A stretch of DNA of 64,000 nt, taken from NCBI GenBank assembly GCA_973895155.1, contig OZ316894.1, positions 12,750,828-12,814,827 on the forward strand. The letters are read 5' to 3'. Shown here piece after piece: positions 25,501 to 38,200 of the stretch. This DNA is from Marsupella aquatica. Lineage: Eukaryota > Plantae > Marchantiophyta. The notes beneath the pieces are model-generated. The model did not search any database and was not told the DNA's origin. It saw nothing but the letters and a program-made list of their open reading frames with translations. Numbering within the stretch: the first letter of the stretch is position 1; the number at the start of each line of letters is the position of its first letter. A program made the translations under genes and the position numbers.

Positions 25501-28014
25501 TCAGCTGCAAAAGGAGGAGCTTAAATTGTCACCTGCGTGTTAACAACATATTCCCGTTCGTCACCCTTCAAAGAAAGATACATGATACGCCGGTCATGAC
25601 GAATACGAGCTCGGCCCGCCAAATTCTTCTGGACTGCGAGCAAAGCCGCACTTGGTTCCATCTCCCATCTTCGTCTTCGTTCATTGTACCAAGTGTGTCT
25701 CAACAGCTTGTCTCTAGCTACCAGAATGTCTACCTGTTTTTGACTCCATCAACAGGACCCGAAAGCTTAGACATGCAATTATCTCTTCACAGTTATCTCG
25801 AAAGATATGGTAGCAAAGTAACTTACGAAATTTGGCAATATAGAAAGACTATCCATTCCTGGGAGCTGGCTGACACAGGTTCTTCCTATGCAACAACTCA
25901 TGAGTAACAGCGCAGAATCCAATACAGTTTCAGCGAACAGGACTAGATTGAAAGCAAAAGAAATGACCACGTCAGAGACGTAGTATATTGTGACGTCCAA
26001 ATTGACCATTCTGTTTACCTGCTCTTTTGGGGAGAGGTCTTTGGTGATGTCACGATTATGAAGCAAAGCAGTTCTCATCTCCTCATCTACATTTTGCAAT
26101 CTTGAATCGCTAAGAACTAGGTCCCTTAACTCGCTCATACTATGCTCCAACTCAGGGTCCTCTTCGTCATTGTTTTCATATAGCCTCGCCACCAGTTTTT
26201 CCAACACACGCCTAAGCTTCTTTGATATTTTATCCTCGAGTTCTATCTGTTGCAGTATTGCCGTGTCCTCTTGGATTTGAGCTGGATTCCCTGGAACCTC
26301 TGGCTCAATCTTTGCCGCCTTAGGAAGTATACTTTGCTCACGCAATGTGCTCTTCAACAGCTCCAAATCATTTGCAATTTTTGATTGCTTCAACAACGCA
26401 TCTTCTTCCGCACCTGCTTCCCTGAAGGAGGATCATCATAGTTTCTCACTTATGGCAGGTTCGCAACGATATAGATTATTTTTGAGTCAATCTCGTCATC
26501 ACAATGAAATGAATGTTGAAACGTTCACCATCACTGACTCGAATGCCACTAGCCATTGTCAGCTCATTAAAAGTAGAGGGTTTAGGGTTTTACGAACGCT
26601 CGACACTAGGACTAAAAGAGTACCACGAGGATGACCATTGAACTGACGATAAAAACAATAATTAAGTTGTTAACTGCGTCCCTAAGCTTTCCCAATGAAG
26701 CCTTGTATCACAACATTAAGTGCGACTCCCTAAATTCTCCAAGATTCTTCGCTTCCAGAACTCAATACTAGTAAATCCAACTAAAATCTAGATGAATGTG
26801 CAGGATTTCGAAAGACGTAAACAATGAATGTGGGTGTCGTTGTCTAACCTCGAGGAATCAAGCTGCTTCATTCTTTGGGAGATCTTTGATAAGGATGCTA
26901 CTAGTTCCAATAGCCTTATCCGGAAGTTCACGAGAATATCTCCCTTCTCCTTCAAAAGCTCCTCTTTCCCGCTCGTTACTACATTATCACGCACACGTTC
27001 CAGCTCAGCTTGGGTAGCTAAGAACTCATTGATAGCGCCGTCCACCTGTTTCCTAACGACATTTGCCTCTTGCTTCAAAAGTTCCAAGTAAATCTCTAAT
27101 TGCTTCTTGTCTGCCACAGAGATGGAATCGAATAGCTTGTCAGGAACTGAAATGTCGCTCTCCGGATTAGTTAATTCTGATAGTCTCGCCTCCATAATCT
27201 CCTTTCTCTCTCGAGAAATGTTCCCTTTTCTCCTTAATTTGTTCCCCTGTTTCACCTCGGACCCTGTTTGACTCTCCGTTGTCGTTGCTGCAGGCAGGGC
27301 AAGAGCATGCCGCCAGGACATTCTGCCGAGAGTCAAGTCCAGCGCCACAAAAACCAAGCCGATTAACAAAACTTTGATATAGCTCATCGCCAAATTATAG
27401 AACTGCTTCTGGTCGGTAATCTTGAAATAGCGAATTATCAGCGAACGGATGAGATGGGCTATTGATAATTGGTCTCTCAGCAAGTAGCGATGAAACAAGT
27501 CCGACAAAGTTTCTCCTTTCTGGAAGGGTTTAAGCTTGCGGCTCGTAGCCGCCACGCTGGAAACATCCAGGGTTTCAAGCCCTTCGAGCAAATCTACCTT
27601 ATTCACACTACTGTTTCTTCCTGCTCCATCTGCGCCACTGTCTTCTTCCGACACTTGCTCGGCTGAACTCGGATTGTGAACGTGTCTCTTCTGTGAACCC
27701 CGCAACTCAGAGACGAGTGTGCTTTGCATTGGCAGCCATTTCGAACTCGCGCACAATTGCAGCGTAGTCCTTGGATGCTGGATCATAGAATTGCTCCGGG
27801 TTGAGATTGAAGCCGGGGCAGTATCCATTCCTGAAATCACTGCGGCAATCGATGGTGCCGTGTGCAAATGCCTCCATAAACTCCCCTCCGGACCACAACT
27901 GCACAATCTCCGTCGAGGATACTGCGAATTATTGCTGAGGGAGTTGCACCTCCTGACTCTAGCAGAGTAGGACCTAAAGGTAACGGAAGGAAAAGCAAGC
28001 AGCACTCCTTCCAT
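16528..28014 (-). CDS. FTSHI5: Probable inactive ATP-dependent zinc metalloprotease FtsHi5, chloroplast (Ycf2-FtsHi import-motor subunit); 19 exons, ~1353 aa
   Basis: Hand-spliced GT-AG model with consistent phases: 28014-26849, 26421-26019, 25733-25533, 24976-24683, 24127-23852, 23627-23547, 23177-23046, 22766-22593, 22006-21885, 21479-21278, 19982-19854, 19635-19453, 19253-19134, 18910-18725, 18214-18140, 17916-17857, 17523-17416, 16844-16764, 16596-16528. Transit-peptide-like N-terminus; TWYNE..RWEMEP; Walker A GESGTGKT; Walker B IIFMDDFD; [12 protein letters not shown]; [15 protein letters not shown] in place of HExxH. Confidence 0.92.
17704..17762. repeat. Intronic hairpin: 18-bp perfect inverted repeat, 12-nt loop
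   Basis: aagcacaactgaggtctt (17709-17726) / aagacctcagttgtgctt (17739-17756) inside FtsHi5 intron 16. Confidence 0.9.
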
Positions 28015-28734
28015 TGTGAACGATCACTTCAGTATCCAAAACCTCTCAGTTCCCACAGCCTTTAAATTGGACTCGAATGCATTTCGCTTAGCAAAAAACG
28101 TAGAATCCCGAAGTCTCTATCGCTTGATTCCAGCTCCCTGTGCAACGCCTGTTTCAATTCTACCAAGGACTCGTACGTTAACAGCTGTGCGTCTATCTGT
28201 GTTCCATGGAGCAGGGTCATTCTCCATCCAGTCACCTCCAAAGCAATGTCAGGGAAATCTAAGCGACAGCGAGTTGACAAAGATGAAGCTGGATGCAGTA
28301 CCGGGAACGTTGGTATTCTCATTCTGGTCCACGATGCACACTGCAGCATTTTGTCTGAGAACTTCTGTGCCTGTTTGGGCTGTCGAGGCCAATTTCTACG
28401 TCGTGCGCGCTCAGCTCCATAGCCTCCGATTGCAAGTCTTGAGATGGTGCAGTCATCAGGCTGAGCTGAGGTTTGGCGAGTTATAAGCAGAAAAATAAAT
28501 TTGGACAGAACTACTCGATTGATAAATGCATCCCCATCGAAACCTTCGAGCTTGGAACGTGAAGCCCGGATGTGCCTCCACGTTGTCTGTGAAGTCCGTC
28601 CAGCCGGGATGACTTGCAAAGCTCAGTCCAAAGCTAGGATGGACTTGCTCAAAATTTCAAACTCGGATAATATTCTTTTCACTTTAGGCTGAAGTGTGAT
28701 CTATACACTGACATTTTCCCCTTTGCAGCCTTTT

Positions 28735-28805
28735 TAAGTTACATTACCACACCAGTCTCCTTGGTGGCTTGACAACTTGACTGCCTTCAACCTGAGAGAC
28801 TTCAG
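28735..28805 (-). repeat. Dispersed repeat homologous (opposite orientation) to 43625-43700
   Basis: cattac...ccttggt..c.tgacaacttgact.cctt.aa.ctga.agac matches the reverse complement of 43625-43700. Confidence 0.55.
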
Positions 28806-31800
28806 AATGTCATGTCTTAATTAGGGGAAACCAATTTAGATTTAGATTTCCCAAGTGGTTAAGAGTGAAATCATGACATGTGTCATTTGAGCACCTTTTG
28901 TGCTCATTGGAAAGGAGCAAGTGATCTAAGAAAATTGTCCTTGCCAGGCAATAAATTGGACACCAAAGACCATGTTGGAAACATTTCAGCCCAAAAGGAG
29001 ATCCACAAGTTGTCCAATTACATGAAAACATCTGGCCAAATTCAAATGTAAGATTTCTGACACAAAAGAGATGACAACTTTGATGCCATTGTTGAGTAAG
29101 TCGTCACGCCGTCACCTAACATTTTGGAAATGCACTACTTGCAAAGTTTGTGACTACTCAGCAATTTTCTCAAGCGGGCTCAAATCTGGAACTTGGGAGT
29201 GATGGAGTGGTGCAATGTTTTAATCACACCTTCCAGCTCACTAATCCACATTACTTGCTTTCAACTTGGGTCAAATTGTATTGTCAAGACAACAATGCTC
29301 TATTCTTCTCCTGGTAACATTACTGGGCCATTAAGCCTACATTGCGCTGAGCAAAGGGCATTTTCAAATTTATGACTTGACATCTTGACAACTTACTCTA
29401 GACGTACGGTGGTTAAAGTTGTCGATTGCTTTGCAATGTCAATCCATCCAATATGTGGCCAGACCCTTTTCCTTTCAAGGTAAACTTGTTAATTGCTTTA
29501 CGCAGTCCATGGGGATGTGCCCGGACAATGTCTTGGTCCATCTGGGCTTCACTTTCTTTGAACTTGATTTTACTTGTTAATAAAGAAATAACATCTAAAA
29601 ATGCTGAAGTCCATTTTGTTTTGCTTTAGACTCATCATCTTAGCCAAAAATGCATCAAATCACATTACCAGGAACTCATCCATGTGATCTTAGTTAAATG
29701 CATCAAATCTCCATAAAAACTCATCCTCACTCGAAGTAACTTGCCACCCCACCCTACATGACCCCATTGAAAACATTTCTGCTATGCCCTAGTTATCAGA
29801 AAATCAATCTCATTGTTTTCTTGTGGTGTTCAAAAGGCTGCAATGTTCAAACAAGAGAGAGGAAGAGGATCTATTTGAGACAAGGGAGATTCACATACAT
29901 ATTCGCATATATATATATATATCACATCCTGAGATTGTTCAGGTCTTATTGTCACTTAGAGGCTGTTTCATTGATTCTCCACCCAACAAATACAGAGCAT
30001 CAATCATTCATTCCCACACACATAAGACAATCAACTCATTCCCACACACTAAGAAAGTCAACTATGCATATGTCTTTTTATTATTGCATGGATGCATTCT
30101 AAACTGTGAATATGATATCCTATGATCTTGAATCTTCCATGTACTCCATGTTAACAATAGCTTTTCGGCATGCTTTCTTGAGGATTTTCTTATGATATAG
30201 AGCATACAAACATATCAATCTATAGCTACCCAGTTGAGTTTATTTCAGGACTGGGTGTTGCTTGGTGACAATAGTACTCTAATGTTGAGTCCACACAGTG
30301 AGCATAGGCCATATTCTTTTCTGGGGAATGGACAAACTATTTCCATTCACATATCCAGGGTCTTCGTTCAGCCCCCACCATTGGATTGAGATTGTGTTGC
30401 AATAAACACGATTTCTAGTCCCATGTTTTTGCAGCAATGTCTAGACGGTTGCAAGGAGACATGGGTCGGTAAAGGACAAGTCATCCAAGCTCAAGTATTT
30501 TTGTTTTTATCGGTGGTGTCAATATGTCATCCATTCAAACAGAGAAGTCATTCATGGGTGTCATACTAATCAAAAAATGACATTTGCTGTGAACCTGATT
30601 CTGGTGCGATCCCATGGATTCACAATGTGCTGGCTGATGCTATTTTGAGTCAATAGTCCTCGATCCTTGGCTTATGCTGCCCCTGTGTCCCACAAGTTGC
30701 TTGCCAGTGTTGTTGGGTCCCTTCACTCTACCGTGTCAGTTGCTGCCTCTCGTGGATAGCATCGTCCCACTATTGGGTGTGCCAAATGGTGGACGGTGCA
30801 CATAAGGTGTTGTGGCTCGATGGCTGCATATATTTAGCAGCGCCGATATCTTGATTCTCAATTCAGGGCATCCTCTTTTGATCTGTTAGCAATGGACGTT
30901 CCAGATATAGTTTGGATAATCAATGGCTCTGATGGCCAGATTAGTATAGCGAAAAGTTGTAGCCATGTTATCCTTCAAGTAGATATGGCTCTGGAGTATG
31001 TTATAGAGTATATCTCTGCAGTTATATACTATGGTTTGTATTTGTCTTTATGTGTGACAAGAGGCCTGGCCATATGAGTCATCATTGGCTCATTCTTAGG
31101 CTCGTTCTTTTGTGAGAGAGATGTTTATAAAGTAGCGACTAAGACACCCAATCAAGGCCACTTCAAGTTGGTACTTTGTCCACACATAACGCATGTCATG
31201 GTCCTACAATAGGGTCTGGGAAGAGTCTTAGGTAAATATGCATTTCACCTTGTAGTCCAAGTCAAGAACTTCATACATTGCCGGTGACACATGGCAAAGT
31301 CATAAAAATAATATGAAAAGATCTGACGCAATTGTTGATATCAAAAAGTCAGTTACATATAATGATCGGATCATTTCACGGAAAGGATATGTATTGAGAT
31401 AAATCAAGCATAGAGTAATGGCAGGGTCTACTAGCGAAGATACAGAGTAAAACATGTGACAAAAGTAGCGTCAAATTGATACATGTCAAAAAAAAGCTCT
31501 CTTCAATGTATTGGGTAGATAGATCTTAGCGACGAGGGTATAATTAGCAAGAAAAGTAATTCTATCAAGTCAGAAAAAAAGTTGGAGATACTAATATGGT
31601 GGTATCGACAAGAGCATATTGGTATCTTGTTGCAGTGTTAAGAACAAGAAGAACAAAATTAGTACGGTTAGTATAGAAGAGAGATAAGTTATTAGAGCCA
31701 ACACCTAGCTCTTAGCAAAGCTACTTGCATAGACTACCGGTGCATCATGTCTGTAGGTCTCACAGATTGAAGTAGACCATCAACAATAATTGACATGTAG

Positions 31801-32214
31801 TTGACATGACTACATTGCATGCCCCAAGGTCGTCATTAAGCCCCCGTCCATGGGGTGAATCAAGCTAATTAGATGACTAATTCACACTATATGTTTTTGT
31901 TACCAAATTGCCCAGGCGATAATGGGGAGACATATATCAGTTAGGGGCTAGCCTATGTCATTTATGAGATACACAGTAGCAAAAAAAGGGGGACCAAATG
32001 AAAGAAATAGTATTTTTTGAGCGCGCGCCATAGCTACACAGGAACCTTATGTGAATGTGAACTGGAACGTTGGAGTGCTCAGAAAATAATGCTATAGGGA
32101 TGCTAAAAAGGATAGAGTGAGAAAAGACAAAAAGAGCTTGAGCCAGTCAGTCAACCTAGTAGTAGATCTATATGCATGGAGTTGCCCAGTGGTGTGCTCA
32201 CGCAAAGAAAGAAG

Positions 32215-32400
32215 GCACTCGGGGGTCTCACTATATGGGGACCTCCCCATCACCTGCGACATTTTTAGGCCTCGGACCCCCTAAAATGTTGGAATATTCT
32301 TGGAATATTTTAAAAATTAGATTAAAAAGACCCTAATGTTCTTATAAGTCTCAAAATTGAATTTAAAAGACCCTATTGTTCTTCTACAAAAATTCTTAAA
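32215..32400 (+). repeat. Dispersed repeat, partner of 7380-7590
   Basis: Matches the reverse complement of 7380-7590. Confidence 0.6.
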
Positions 32401-33570
32401 TCTTCCCTTAGAACCAATAAAATGATCATATCCTTCGTCGCACGTGATATGCCATTTTTATGGAAGTGAAACCCCAAAGAGAAGGCATCATGCAAAAAGG
32501 AATGTTCAGGAGAAACTGTGCGTCACAACAAGTGTTGAGTGTACTTTTATAAAGCAAAAAGAGTGTTGGTGGGGTAATCTATCGTAAGGGGAGGGAAAGT
32601 TTTTAGGTTTTGTATGGGGTCCAGATTTGAGTACGGTAACCGTTAGATCTAGGTTGGATCTGAATGAATGGTAGAGATGTATTACTTAACTAGATCTTTG
32701 TATTAGGTGAGTATACATACGTATATATCATTTTTATGCATAATGGTCATATGTGGCACTGTATTCTAATTATTATCCTTCAGGAGTATTTTAAGGGTCA
32801 TACAGTGTTGCGGAACAAAAGTGTTGACATTCTAACTAGAACTATTATATGTAGTCTTTTTAATCTATTGAATGGGTCATCTTGTATAAAAAGAGAGAGA
32901 TGTAATGTCAATATTTTAACACCCAATCAAGGCCAAGTCAATATCTCATAATATCAATCCACATATCTATAAAGTCACACTTAAAAAGTCGTGGAAAGAT
33001 CTTTAGAAGGATATCCACCTCAGTCACTCATACAAAAAAGAAATATCATCACAGTATTCGAGAATCATTTAGAAGCTGGCATTCACGATGTACAGTTTGT
33101 GAACAATATTGGGATGAGTGTGAGTAGAGGACAAAGTAAAAAAGTGATAGTAACCTGTACATATAAGGTTAGAACATTGCATGGCTCAAAAAGTTTGGAT
33201 TGGATTAAACTGTACTTCGAGATTCTATTGTTAGGTTATGATTGGTGCAAAAAATGTCAGAAAATATCAAGAAGTTCTCAAACAGATCTTAAGTATAATA
33301 TGTCACAACGCAATAACATCTATTTATAGATTAACTATTGAAATAAGTCTCTAACTTGCTTTATTATAAAACATTATTGACTGAACACTAGTCTCATGTG
33401 TGGCATAGTTTCATTGGATATTTTATCATATTTCATTTGTATAAATAACCATCCCTTTATTTTGACAACACTTCCTAAGGCCATTTTTGGAGCCCATCAC
33501 AAAACCTAATTACAGTTCAGCCAATAATTGTACTTGCCTCCTTGCATATGTGTTTCAAAATAAAACAATA

Positions 33571-34402
33571 AAATAATTAGTTCGTGGACCCCTTGGCTAA
33601 TAAAATCAGGGGGAAGAGTCGATCTGAGCCGTCTCCATTTCTGATCTTTGGAAATCTCGTCCATCCATCATAATGGCCAATCTAAGGCTCAAAAGAAAGA
33701 TCTCAAATAGATCTATGGATGGGTTTTGTCCGTTTTGCAAATGGGTTAATATATTTTAAATAAAAAATTAAACAAATCCAAGCCTTCCTAGCCGTTGATT
33801 TTGTTGACTTTATGATCTTTACCGTCCATTTTGTAATGCCTCTAGAAATCTTATTCATCCATGTTAGAAGACGATCTAGGGTGCAAAAGAAAGATCTCAA
33901 TGAGATCTACGACTGGGTATTTTTTGTTTTGAGAATGAGTAAATAGTTTTGAGTATAAAATTCGATTAACTTTCAAGATTCCAGCCATTTTTCCTCCCCA
34001 ATCATGGGTTTCTATGTGCTCTTCCCAGCATTAATGGCCGTACAATGCGAGAGGTCCTTACATATAAGGAGTTACGATTTAACAAGGAAGTTATCAAGTT
34101 AGTTATTAGTTATTATTTATTATATAAAAAATATTTTTATAAATGTTTTAATTTAAGTTTTAAAATTGGAAATCTAATTAAAACAATTACATAGTGACAG
34201 TTTTAATCATCTTATTCTTTGTATTTTCAATGTTTTTTTAATGATATGATGTCCCAAAATTTACATCTAAATTAATACAAACACAAATAAAAATTATAAA
34301 TTTGATTCATAAATTAAACAAGTCTTGTTTGTGGAGGTTGTTATTGACATGGCACGTTGTGGTGCCAAGAATTTTGGAAGGGACCTCTAATGGAGTCCAT
34401 AA
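33571..34402 (-). mobile_element. Non-autonomous element with terminal hairpin and asymmetric inverted repeat (Helitron2-like), copy A
   Basis: Left aaataattagttcgtggacccc; right aattttggaagggacctctaatggagtccata. The same ends occur at 57161-57932 and 58421-58965. Confidence 0.6.
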
Positions 34403-35214
34403 ATAAAATAAATAAATAAATGTACTTGCCTCCTTGCATAAACCTGTTTTAACAAGCGAATAGCAAGCTTACAATTTGTGTGCGCCATGTAGCACTCAGG
34501 CCATTCTGCTGACACAATGGTAGACCAGAAAGAGGCATAAAACTTAAATTGGGGGATCACTAGTAAAACGGATATAAGTGCCCGTTTTATTAATGTGTCC
34601 ACTAGATACAGTTAACAACAGTCATAACAAAGTACAATGCAGGATAGACAAGGCCCAATGTAGCGCAATTGAGTGCGATGTCCATTCCACCGAGAGGAAT
34701 TGCCAACTTTATAGCCATTGCGAATTTGAATAAATGTGACCTCTCACATGCTGATTTAAGGCACCAGAACATTTCTGGATTAAAACCTGCCATCAGATTA
34801 TGTAAGCAATTGGCTAGAAGTGCTGAGCTTCAACACTTCCTAGAGTAAACTACTTACAATAAGGTATAGGCCAGTAATATTTTACAATTCGCCTCACTAT
34901 TCCTAACAATGATTTAAGTCTCTCTAACTTCCGTCCTTTGAGCTGGGGTTAAGAGCGCCAAGCAGCCTGAAACATGTACTGATGACTACACAGATTTATA
35001 TGGGCTATTGTACAAAGTAAAGGGTATGTTCAAAGTAAGAAATGATCTTCAGCTAGTCAGTGGATTTCTTATCCAAGGTGTATGTGTTTCAAAACATTAG
35101 ACCGTGATGAAAGTATGTCTTCATCTAACTTCGAGTCTAAAGCTTCAGATAATTTGGAAACAAGGAAAAAGCACTTAATTTCCTCATTCGGTCAAGTAAA
35201 AGTTTAAGTTATAG

Positions 35215-38200
35215 TCATGAAGGGAACTGCCCTTGCATCAACAGTAACGGGGCAGAGGACGGATGTCTTGTTGATCGATGTCTCAACATGGGAGGAAAAT
35301 CACTGTTACAAAAAGATATTGTTAGATGCGACACTACAGATATCCCTCCCAAAGTATATAAAATTGCAATAAAATATTTAAGTAATTAGTTAGGAAAAAT
35401 CCCAATGACTATTCGACCACTCCGTAGACTTGTCAATAATAGAATGCAGCATTGAAATCGGTCTACTACTTTACTTAAAATGGAAACAGTACCTGAAAAG
35501 CTGAAGGCTTTCTTGCGTCTCTGTTTCTGATTCCACCTGCAATTTAAGAGGAAAAATTCGTTTGATTTTTTAATTGAGGAAATACAAGACGACGCCTGCA
35601 GTGAGCACTCTGAACTGTTGATCTAGGAAACATAGCTGCTTAATTGACTTGGCCCCATGCCTTTCCAAGGTGGCAACAAATCAAATTCAGCAGAAGAGAT
35701 TCAGCATTTAGTCCTTACTCATACGCCCCTGACACAACCACCCAGCGGCCACTCCGACAAGAAACACGTTTGTCTGGACTTCTACTGACTGGACCAACAG
35801 AAGAGATTTAAATTTATTAATTACCTCATCCAGTACAGCTGCTGAGTCTACTCCACTTGGATCAGGCATCCAGAATATATTTTGACAAGTTTTTAATGCC
35901 ATATAGTGCCCCGCCTTGAGCACGTGACTTACACGGAAGATAAATTCCACCAACTGATTGTAAATGCTGCAAGTTCACACACGTCAGGGAGTTAAGACCG
36001 CAAATAAACATTATTTTCAATAGCAAGCATTAATCAGTAGACAGAGTAAGATGAGATACCTTAGGCGATGACGATTGCAGGCGGCAATGAAGGCAGCAAG
36101 TCCTTTCACAATACCATTAACGGCATGGAAGACCTGCGACAAAGAGGATAAATGACAGCTCTCATTTTCATGCCGGGAAACAGGTGAAGAACCTCTCGTG
36201 TCAACAAAGCTTGAGCAACTCCTGCACCTAACTAGCACACAGAGCATTGAATAATACCACACCAAACCGGAACCAAACCAGCAATCTGAACACATAGCAT
36301 GAAATCGGCTGATACAATAGTACGCTTCTAGTGACCAACGACATTTCAAAAGTGACCGCATACTCTAGTGTAAGACATTTAGCTAGCAAAACGTTGACAC
36401 AAAGGCCACAATCCGCAATCAAATTTTCAGCTCCTGTCATCTTCATCGGTAATGCCGCTAGAAAAGCTAGGCGCAACATGCTGGTAGCATTTGGCCAAGT
36501 CAATTGAGCATAATTATATGCAAACTCCTTGCGTCTCTCCCTAATCCTGAGTACAGAAAACCTTCCACTCTGGTTCAGAGAAACAACGATGTCTTAAGAT
36601 CACTGAGAGTTGAAATGTTGTCCATAGGCACTGACCTTGGAAAGGATATCATTCCAAAGCGTCCTCCACATGGATGAGCTCGGTGTAGAAGACTTGACAA
36701 TTTGTAACGATTGCAAAGTTGGTGACCCAGATACCAGAAGAAGCTGGAAGGAATCATGAATCACGAGCCACAGGCTTTCCAAGGCATTCACGACTTCAGA
36801 TGATAGTGACTTTAATAAACTCCCAACAAGCCTCATCAACTGTACTGGGAAGATCATGAAGTTCCATATAGAATAGAATACTGGATATAAGAGCGTCTTC
36901 CCTGTTCAGGAAAAACCACACAAGTACATGCTTAGAATAAGAGAATAAGAAAACCGGACCTCAGTAACTTCGAACATACTGGGGCTCGACCAATCAAACC
37001 TCAAATTGCAGGCGGAAGGCTTGTAGATGTGCTCTCGTGACAAATCCAGGGAAGGGCCAGTGAACAGCACTACTACGAGTAAAGAGAGAACATAAACACT
37101 GAGGGAGAAGGCCTACAGATTTTTGACAACCACAAGGCAGATCTTGCGATTGAAATTCCACAACGCATGCATCCTTGAAGCCAAGCAACAATATACTAAT
37201 TAAGGAATATCGAGGAAAATGTCGAAGGACTCATACCTAGGTTAAAAACAGCAGACAAGAATGTCATGAAGGGCCATATCGTTACGTAGAGAATGTGGCT
37301 TAAGCCAACAGCAACCAAAGAGAGGGTGCCTGAGATAAACTGGACCAGTGTCTGCAGTCCGTAGGATACCCCTTCCCACAAAGGAAGGAGTGCCTCCCCA
37401 AGTAACATTACCGGCTGAAGAAAAGGTCGCACAAGAAGTACTGAAATTTGTCGGCTGGCTCGTGTTACGGCCAATGCCCACTCGAAAGCTTTCTCGCAAT
37501 TTTGAAGGAACAGCATGGTTCCCAAATATTTCAGTCGGGAGACCATTCCCCATTCCTCAATGCACTTGAAGAGTGGCCCACATATATGTGCGGCAGTGGC
37601 TTTCAGAACAGGGACATTTTTATAAAGATCGTAGAAGCCTATCAAAACTGTGACTATTGAAATTATGTAGTATACAGTTCCGCAAAGAGGACGCATCCAG
37701 GGACGATAAATGTGGCTCAAAATAGGATAAGACTGCAGGAAAATGACCCACGGAGGAAGGCCCGACTCTAGCATTTTAAGCAATCGCCGGTCAGCAGTAA
37801 TAATTCGCCTTAATTCTAATGGAAGCAAGGGCTCGGAAAATCTGAAAATAATGAGTATGTCTCGATATGTCTCCGCCACAGCAATTAATCTATCAGGATG
37901 AATATATACAGGATCCGGTCGCACCTCACCACTCGCACTGCATCGTACACAACCTTGTGTCTTCTCCCGAAAGGAAACACCCTCCCGTATCTTTCCACAC
38001 CTGGAGCACCCTGATGATCGTGAACTATCAAAACTTTGGATCGGTACTCCCAAAGAATGCTTTCCGGAACATAAATTCTTTGAATTCTTTACACCTCCTC
38101 GTCCCGAACAAGAAGCATATTCACCCGCGTCTTGCGAAGTCTGAATTCTACTCTCGGGGAGACAAGATGGTTGCCAATCTTCATCGACAGGCACTATATG

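Noticed and set aside
25779-25890. Additional exon between FtsHi5 exons 2 and 3
   Set aside because: The in-phase reading hits TAA with no good donor; the direct KEQ|VDIL join keeps the frame.
28810-32200. Possible gene or autonomous transposon
   Set aside because: Only short ORFs with no identifiable motifs; probably old TE debris that I cannot classify.
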